Assembly (NCBI RefSeq): GCF_009914755.1
Contig: NC_060931.1
From: the human T2T-CHM13v2.0 reference genome, Homo sapiens
Reading direction: 5' to 3' (one strand)
Length of the DNA stretch: 64,000 bases
The notes beneath the pieces were generated by a model. That model was not told where the DNA came from, made no database searches, and saw only the letters and a program-made list of their open reading frames with translations. The position numbers and the translations under genes were made by a program. Position 1 is the first letter of the stretch; every line of letters starts with the position of its first letter. This document shows, piece after piece, positions 55,368-64,000 of the stretch.

Positions 55368-57624
55368 TGTATCAGTCTGTTTTCACACTGATGATAAAGA
55401 CATACCCGAGACTGGGAAGAAAAAGAGGTTTAATTGGACCTAAGAGTTCCACATGGCTGGGGAGGGTTCAGAATCATGGCAGGAGGTGAAAGGCACTTCT
55501 TACATGGTGGCAGCAAGAGAAAAATCAGAAAGAAGCAAAAGCAGAAACCCCTGAGAAACCCATCATATCTCGCGAGACTTATTCACTATCATGAGAATAG
55601 CTCAGGAAAGACTGGCCCCCATGATTCAATTACCTCCCCCTGGGTCCCTCCCACAACACATGGAATTCTGGGAGATACAATTCAAGTAGAGATTTGGGTG
55701 GATACACAGCCAAACCATATCCTTCTGCCTCAGTCCCCTCCAAATCTGATGTCCTCACATTTCAAAACCAATCATGCCTTCCCAACAGTCCCCCAAAGTC
55801 TTAATTCGTTTCAGCAATTACCCAAAAGTCCACAGTCCAAAGTCTCATCTGAGACAAGGCAAATCCCTTCCACCTATGAGCCTGCAAAATAAGCTAGTTA
55901 CTTCCTAGACACAATGGGGATACAGGGATTAGATAAATACAGCCATTCCAAATGGGAGAAATTGGCCAAAACAAAGGGGTTACAAGTCCCCATGAAAGTC
56001 TGAAATCCAGTGGGGCAGCCAAATTTTGAAGCTCCAAAACGATCTCCTTTGACTCCAGGTCTGACATCCAGGTCATGCTGGGGCAAGGGGTGGGTTCCCA
56101 TGGTCTTGGGCAGCTCCACTCCTGTGGCTTTGCAGAGTACAGTCTCCCTCCCGGCTGCTTTCACAGGCTGGCATTGAGTGCATGTGGCTTTTCCAAGTAC
56201 ACAGCACAAGTTGTTGGTGGATCTACCATTCTGGGGTCTGGAGGACGGTGGCCCTCTTCTCACAGCTCCACTAGGCCGTACCCAGGTAGGGAATTTGTGT
56301 GGGGGCTCCAAACCCACATTTCCCTTCTGTGCTGCCCTAGCAGAGGTTCTCCATGAGAGCCCCACCCCTGCAGCAAATTTTGCCTGGGCATCCAGGCCTT
56401 CTCATACATCTTCTAAAATCTAGGTGGAGGTTCCCAAACCTCAATTCTTGACTTCTGTGCACCTACAGGCTCAACACCACATAAAAGGTGCCAAGGCCTC
56501 CACCCTCTGAAGACACAACCTGAGCTCTATGTTGGCCCCTTTCATCTATGGCTGGAGTGGCTGGGACACAGGACACCAAGTCCCTAGGCTGCACATGGCA
56601 TGGGGACCCTGGGCCTGGCCCATTAAACCAGTTTTTCATCCTGGACCTCCAGGCCTGTAATGGGAGGGGCTGCCATGAAGGTCTCTGACACGGCCTGGAG
56701 ACATTTTCCCATGGTTTTGGGGATTAACATTAGGCTTCTTGTGCAAATTTCTACAGCTGTCTTGAATTTCTCCTCAGAAAATGGTTTTTTTTCCACTGCA
56801 TTGTCAGGCTACGAATTTTATAAACTTTTATGTTCTGTTTCCTTTTTAAAATGGAATGCTTTTAATAGCACCCGAGTCACCTTTTGAACACTTTGCTGCT
56901 TAGAAATTTCTTCTGCCAGATACGCTAAATCATCTCTCTCAAGTTCAAAGTTCCATAAATCTCTAGGGTGGGGAGAAAATGCCATCTGTCTCTTTTCTAA
57001 AACATAACAAGAGTCACCTTTGCTCCAGTTCCCAACAATTTCCTCATCTCCATCTGAAACCACCTCAGCCTGGACCTTATTGTTCATATCACTATCAGCA
57101 TTTTTGTCAAAGGCATTCAACAAGTCTCTAGGAAGTTCCAAGCTTTCCCACATTTTCCTGTCTTCTTCTGAGTCCTCCAAACTGTTCCAATCTCTGCCTG
57201 TTACCCACTTGCAAAGTTGCTTTCACATTTTCGGGTATCTTTTCAGCAACACCCCACTCTACTGATACCAATTTTCTGTATTAGTCCATTTTCATGCTGC
57301 TGATAAAGACATACCTGTGACTGGGAAGAAAAAGTTTAATTGGACTTACAGTTCCACAGGGCTGCGGAGGCCTCAGAATCATGGCGGGAGGCAAAAGGCA
57401 CTTCTTACATGGTGGTGGCAAGAGAAAAAAGAGAAAGAAGCAAAAGTGGAAACCCCTGATAAAACCATCGGATCTTATGAGACTTACTATCATAGGAATA
57501 GCACAGGAAAGACCGGCCCCCATGATTCAATTACCTCCCTGTGGGTCCCTCCCACAGTGCATGGGAATTCTAGGAGATACAATTCAAACAGAGATTTGGA
57601 TGGGGACACAGCTAAACCATATCA
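55368..57624 (-). mobile_element. Full-length THE1 (THE1C-like) MaLR: LTR-int-LTR
   Basis: LTRs about 55368-55722 and 57277-57624, THE1-int between them (ORF WNFELERDDL), TSD CATAG. Confidence 0.92.
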
Positions 57625-58999
57625 CATAGTATATATTGAAAATGTATTGTCAAGTATCTTGGATGAGATACACATTGCCAGATACCATACAGTTACCTGC
57701 CTAAGAAAATAAGCCAATAATTATAGTCTATTAATGGTAACATTAGACAGACAAATGCTTACATGGTAATGCCAGAGCCCATGGTTTGAGATGCTCTGAC
57801 ATGTGATGGGTCTCATACATCACTTTCTTGTCTAAAAATAGTAGCTAAGTGTTCTGAAACCTTGCCCTCAATGAACTCATATTTCTTAATTATTGCCATT
57901 CTGCTTTACAAATGCTCAAAAATCTGCATATTTAATATTCAGTTATGAATATATTTTATGCATGTGTAGGGTGGCAGGATAAGAAGAGGGATGATGTTAA
58001 ATTTACTAACTTATAATTTCTAGGTGTAGAACTATTGCTTGCCCATATCTGAATATTAAAGCTATATTTGTCCTTCTTTGAATTTTGATTATACTGTCTC
58101 TTCCATTTTATTTATTAAAAATTATGACCAGAGAGAGTGTGTGTAGTTGATACCCAAAGCAGAAAATCAAGTTATAGATGACTAGTTTATAAATTAAACA
58201 GAAATCCCTTACTCTCACCCTTCACAGACCATCTAAGCAATACATCAAATGCTAGTAGCCAACATTCTTCTTTTTGACAGGAAACTAGAAGTTTATTCTA
58301 AGAAACTAAATAAGAAGATCTCAAGCCTTGGAATTACATGGCATATCAAGAGTGATATGAGATGCAGGGCTAAAGACAAAGAGAATAATTGATATATAAA
58401 TATATAGTCTCATATAGTCAATTATCCAGTTTCTCTTGTTGAGAACTGTTAATGATATGAGATTTTACCATACTTGCAAGCTAAGAGCTTGACAACATTC
58501 CATGGATGCTAGCAGAAGACAAGAGACTGCTGGATTACAGACAAAGTATTTTTAATACTCTCAACACAGCAGGCAGCATGAGCTTCATATGTCTATAAGT
58601 GACCTGTGCCTGCCCCTCTGCCCAGTTCCCCAACAGTGACACAGAGCAGTTTCTGGATGCTGTGGCTTTTCCCAAACCTCATCAATCTTTGTCTCATGGG
58701 GGTACATTGTGTTTATTATCCTGGATAGCAAACAGATCCAGAGGGAGATGTTGTCTCTGTCTTCCAGGTTGATTGCTATACAAACATTCTTGACAAGATA
58801 GTCCAAATGAAAAGTTGATATAAGTTGTGCAGAAATGTCAGAGACCCATGAAGAATTAACTCTCAACACCTCTCCACTGCCTTTGGCACAGAACAAGTAG
58901 GTAACTATACCCACAGTAGCATAATAATATATTTTTATTTGAAGAAATTGAGCAGCCCCTGAAAAGAGACTTACAAATACTGATATTTCAGTGTCCCTT

Positions 59000-61900
59000 A
59001 CGAAACAACCAGTTCCCCGCCAAATCTCTTCAAGTAAAATCTCCTAGCAAACAAGTACCATCCATATTACCAGGCTTTCAGTCAGGTTTTTAGTGCTTTA
59101 CTCTTAAAAATCAATATACAATCAAAGATCACTAGTATACAAAGTTTCTAACATAGATAGAAAGGAAAAGGATACAGACATTAAAAGAAAGAAGAGAAAA
59201 AGAAAATAAAAAACAAGAAACAGAAAAAGGAAATGAAATTAAATAAATAGTGGGAACAAAGAAAATTGACTCAAGCATATAAAATAAAGAAAAAAAGTGG
59301 ACTTCTAAGTAGTAATCATGTAAATTCTTGTTTCTATCCCAGACAGATATAAGAAACACATCGTCCTTAAAACAGAATAAGATAAAGGGGAGAAACTTTA
59401 AGAAAGTCAAAATAAATTTTTAAAATAAGAGTCAAAAGAAAACTCGATATAACATCCCAGAAAATAGAACAAAAAGTTCAAGAAGTTAAATAACAGAAAA
59501 CATGAAAGAAAATATAAGTGACTTGAAGGGTGAACAAAGGAGAGTCAACTGTCCAAGAGAAACTCCAGAAAAAAGAAAAAAAAAATTTTTAATTATCAGA
59601 GAAATTATACCCTAAAAATTAGTTCCCAGAAATGAAAAAAAATTAGCCTCCATATTTTAAAATGCCTGCTGTTGGCTAATTAATGTCAGACAACTGAAAT
59701 GAAGGCATATCTTCATGATTTCAGAACACTGGGGATTAAATGATTCTAAACCACAAAAAGACAAAGAAAATGTTAAAAATCAAAATTATACTTAGAGAAA
59801 AGTGATAAATAAATGCAAAAGTGGAATGACATCACATTTCTACACAGCAACGCTGAATTCCAGAAAAAAAGGTGCAAGAAATATCAATAAAATTCTGATA
59901 GAAAATCATTTTAATCTTAGATTTCTCTACTAACCCAATATATCAATAAAATGCAAATAAAAAGACATTTTTAATAATGTTAGGATCCAAAACATTTACC
60001 TCCATCTCAAGCTTTCTTAGGAAATTACTGGCTAGTATGTCTCAGCAAACTGAGAAAACAAACCAAAAAGAAAAAAAAAATGGGGTCCAGGAAATAGAAA
60101 TTCTCATTCAGAATAATAAGAAAGAAAAGTGCCAGGATAAAAGCTGGGCAGTGGAACTAATTAGCAACTAGCCCAGACTAAAGCAGAGGGACTCCAGGGT
60201 TGCATTTTCAAATAGTGCCAAAACGTAGACTATGGATCTATTAAATGATACATCTGAGTAACTCATCCACAATTTTGTAGTATCAGTTTGCATGGCCTGT
60301 CAAAAATCCAGATCCATCCTGGAGAAGGTGATCCCATTAAAAAGAATCCAGATTATTCAGCAATATCAAATATAGGTAGAAACCAAAAGACAAAAATCTG
60401 CTGATTTTTCAAACCATTAAAAAGATTGATGCAGTTCTGGTAATGGCATCATAATTCTTATAAGACCCACGCTCCCACAAATAACAAATATAAACTCAGG
60501 ACGAACATTTTTAAAGCCTATCTTAAGGGACAGCAAAGCAACCAATAGCCAGTAGAAACTACAGGGAAGTCAACACTTGGATGACAGGTAAGTTTTCTGT
60601 TTTTGTAGCTTTTTGCTGGAAAGTAGTTCCCAGTCAAATAGAAACCCATTAAAAAGCCAGCTGTAGAGTTAGGAAAGACATCCAAGAAGGGAAAGTCCAA
60701 AAAAGAACAACCCAATGTTCTCCATACAAACTCTGTTTGAATCTCTGGTTGATGCCTAAACTATGCATGTGAGAGGAATACTGGAATCAGCAGTGTTAAA
60801 CCTAACATAACTGGATAGAGATTTCAGCTGTTGCCGGCTATAGGAAACAGAATTTGAAGTATAAATCCAACCAAGTTAAATGCCTGTTAAAACAAAAATC
60901 CAACCATCGTTAGAAGGATAAAACAAAATCTAGATATATTGTTGACAATGTCCAAGATACAACGCAAAAATTACCAGGCATATGAAGAAAAGAAATCACA
61001 TGACCTAATTTGAATGAAGAGGCCATTAGTGGATACAAACTTTGAGTTTACCTGGATGCTGGAATTACTAGACTGAAATTTAAAGTAGCTATTATAATCA
61101 TGTTTAAGGATATAAAAGAAAATGTTCTTATAATGAATAAAATAGGAACGTTTATAACAATAATGAAACCTATTAAAAATAAATGAAAAATTTAAAATTT
61201 AAACTGCAATATTTGAAAATTAAATAAAATCTCACTAAACGAAATCTCTAGCAGATTAGAGATGACGGAAGAAAGATTCAGAAACTTGATGTTATATCCA
61301 TAGAAATTACAAAATCTAGAAAACAGGAGAAAAAATATGAAAAAATAGCCTCAGTGATCTTTAGAAAAATATCAAAAGGTACAAAATGTGTGAAATTGGA
61401 GTAAAAGTGAAAGAAGAGGAGATATAAAAAAGCATGGATAAAAAACAATATTTTTTTAAAAAAGCCTAATTAAAAAGTATATTGAAAGACATAAAAAGAA
61501 TTTCAGAAAAATAATTTGTAGAACACCTACCTAGGCACATCACAGTCAAATTGTCCAAAACTAGAAAAGAAGACAAAATCTTCAAACAGCCAGAGAAAAA
61601 TCATACATACCAGGAACAATGACATGAATAATGATAATTTTTCATTTTAAAAAAGTGAATACCAGAAGAGAAGGGAACTGTAGCTTTAAAGTGCTACAAG
61701 AAATATAAAAAGTCAACCCAGAATTTGATATAAAATATTCAGCTAAAAATTAAAATACTACAGTAAAGTTATCTGAATATAAATAAAAATTAAAATATCC
61801 ATTGACAGTAGAACTACATGATAGTAAATCGCAATGGAATTCTCTTAGGTAAAAAAGAAATAATACCAGTTGGAAGCTTGGATTGTGAGGAAGAAATGAA

Positions 61901-62920
61901 GAGCACAAGAAGTAGTGAAATGCAGTCAGATATATTACATATATCATATGTAAGACTAGCTAAAGTAAAAATTTCATCATTGTATTATAGGATATATAAA
62001 ATATATATAATACAGAATGACACTAAAATCTAAAGGATGGAAATAGGAAAAACAGATCTATTAGATACAAATTTCTTATATTTTAAGTAAACTTCTACAA
62101 TATAGTAAGTAGACAAATAGTTTTAAATGTATCATTCTTTATTTTCCAGAATAGCCCTGAAAATATTAGAGGTATAGCAAAAAGCCAACAAATAAAAATC
62201 AAAACAGAATCTAAAAATATTATTCAAATATTTAAATAGAGTCAATTCTAGGAGAAAGTTTGGTATAATATTAAAAAATCAATCAATGTAATTCATCTTG
62301 TTAACACATTTTTAAAAATCTATTTGATTATACGTACAGATAGAAAAAACTTGGTAAAATTCCAAACTCATTTATAATAAAAACACTCAGAAAATTAGGT
62401 AAAAAAGGGACTTCTTCAATCTAACAAAGGCACCTGAAAAAAACCAACAGCTTATGTCACACTTAATGACAGAAATATTAAACGTCTTCCCATTTTTATT
62501 TCTTAAATATTAAACATGTTCAAGATCATAAACAAGTCAATAATGTTCACCCTTACCACTTCTATTCCATATTGTACTGATGCATAAAGACAAGAAAAAT
62601 ACTAAAAAGCTAGGTATCAAAAGATAAAGAAAACCTTTTTCAGAGATGAAAGGACTACTTACATGCAAATATTAAAAGAAATCTATATATTAACTACTCA
62701 AATTAGTAAGTTCATACATTAATTTATTATTACAACATATAAAAATTATATTTTGTATACTAATGATAAACAATTGGATAATTGAATTTTAAAACCTGAA
62801 TTTATATTAAAAAACATAAAATATTTAAATTTAGCAAAAGACATGCAAGACTTGTGTACAGAAAACTAAAAACAGTTGCTAAAGGAAATGAAAGACAGTT
62901 TTAAAATATAGAAATAGAAA
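59000..62920 (+). mobile_element. Highly decayed L1M fragments
   Basis: A-rich sequence with ORF1/ORF2 motifs (cacctacctaggcacatcacagtcaaattg; aatcaatcaatgtaattcatc). Confidence 0.65.
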
Positions 62921-62924
62921 TAAT

Positions 62925-63786
62925 GTCCTGTTGCAGCCTCTGCCTCAGGAGTCCCCTGCAGCCTGGAACACCTAGCAAAAGAAATGCAGGTGCAGTGCCA
63001 GGGATTGGAGCTGGATCCCCACAAGTCCTAGAAGCAAACCTTGTGAGGGGGCCATCTGTCTCCCCGACCCACCTCAGAGCATGCCTGTGAACAAGAAAGT
63101 ACGAGAGCCACACAAGCTGGGTGTTAGCCTAGCTACCGGCCGTTACTCTTAAGCGCATCTACTGGATCACAGCACAAACTACAACACTAAAATTACCGTG
63201 CTAATATATGCAGGATGTGAAACCAGGTGCAAGAATTCACCCACATATGCGGATTCTGTACAGAGCCCTGGCCCTCCGAAAGCATCCAGAAATGAAGCCA
63301 ACTGACCACACTCAGCTTACACCACAGTTAAGGGAACACCAACCCTACCAGATGAGAAAGAATCAGCACAAGAACTCTGGCAATTCAAAAAAACCACAGC
63401 ATCTCCTTACATCCAAATGGGTCACTAGCTCCCTAGAAATGGTTCTTAACCGGTCTGAAATGGCTGAAATGACAAACACAAAATTCAGAATCTGGATAGA
63501 AAGGAAGCTCATTGAGATTCAGAAGAAAGTTGAAACTCAATCCAAGGAATCCAAGTAACCCAGTAAAATGATCCAAGAACTGAAAGATGAAATAGCCATT
63601 TTGAGAAAGAATCAAAATAAACTTCTAGAGCTCAAAAATTTACTACAAGAATTTAATAATGCAATAAGAAGTATTAACAGCAGAATACACCAAGCTGAGG
63701 AAAGAATCTCAGAGCTTGAAGACCAGTTCTTTGAATCAACTTAGATGAAAATAAAGAAAAAAGAATTTTAAAAAATGAACAAAACT
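62925..63786 (+). mobile_element. L1PB/L1PA-type 5'UTR end and ORF1 start
   Basis: ORF MRKNQHKNSGNSK...EMTNTKFRIWIERKLIEIQ; caagctgaggaaagaatctcagagcttgaagac. Confidence 0.85.
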
Positions 63787-64000
63787 GGCCAGGCACGGTG
63801 GCTCACACCTGTAATCCCAGCCCTTTGGGAGGCCAAGGCTGGTGGATCACGAGTTCGGGAGATCGAGACCATCCTGGCTAACACGGTGAAACCCCGTCTC
63901 TATTAAGAATATAAAAAAATTAGCTGGGCATGGTGGCGGGCACCTATAGTCCCAGCTACTCAGGAGGCTGAGGCAGGAGAATGGCATGAACCTGGGAGGC
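63787..64000 (+). mobile_element. AluY-like element (runs off the window)
   Basis: ggccaggcacggtggctcac...gagatcgagaccatcctggctaacacggtg. Confidence 0.92.

Noticed and set aside
55434-57712. Cluster of 80-155 aa ORFs
   Set aside because: All lie within THE1 LTR or internal sequence; typical decayed MaLR frames

Overview
Primate (almost certainly human) germline T-cell receptor beta (TRB) locus, 3' part of the V cluster, + strand. It contains three intact V segments (TRBV25-1, TRBV27, TRBV28), each with a 49-nt leader exon, short intron, V exon and 23-bp-spacer RSS. It also contains the pseudogenes TRBVA, TRBV26 and TRBVB, a further decayed TRBV6-like relic between TRBV27 and TRBV28, and a piggyBac (MER75/PGBD4) remnant. 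The remainder is dense in L1, Alu, MaLR and ERV1 elements, including an RT-deleted provirus in the TRBV26 promoter, a MER41A provirus and a full THE1 element. The most notable unexplained structure is an inverted copy of the TRBV27 3' end about 1 kb downstream that keeps a perfect 23-RSS facing the TRBV27 RSS. Both RSSs also carry a nested heptamer that forms a 13-bp-spacer signal. Gene and repeat names come from recall of known sequences, not from a database search; identities are estimated by eye.
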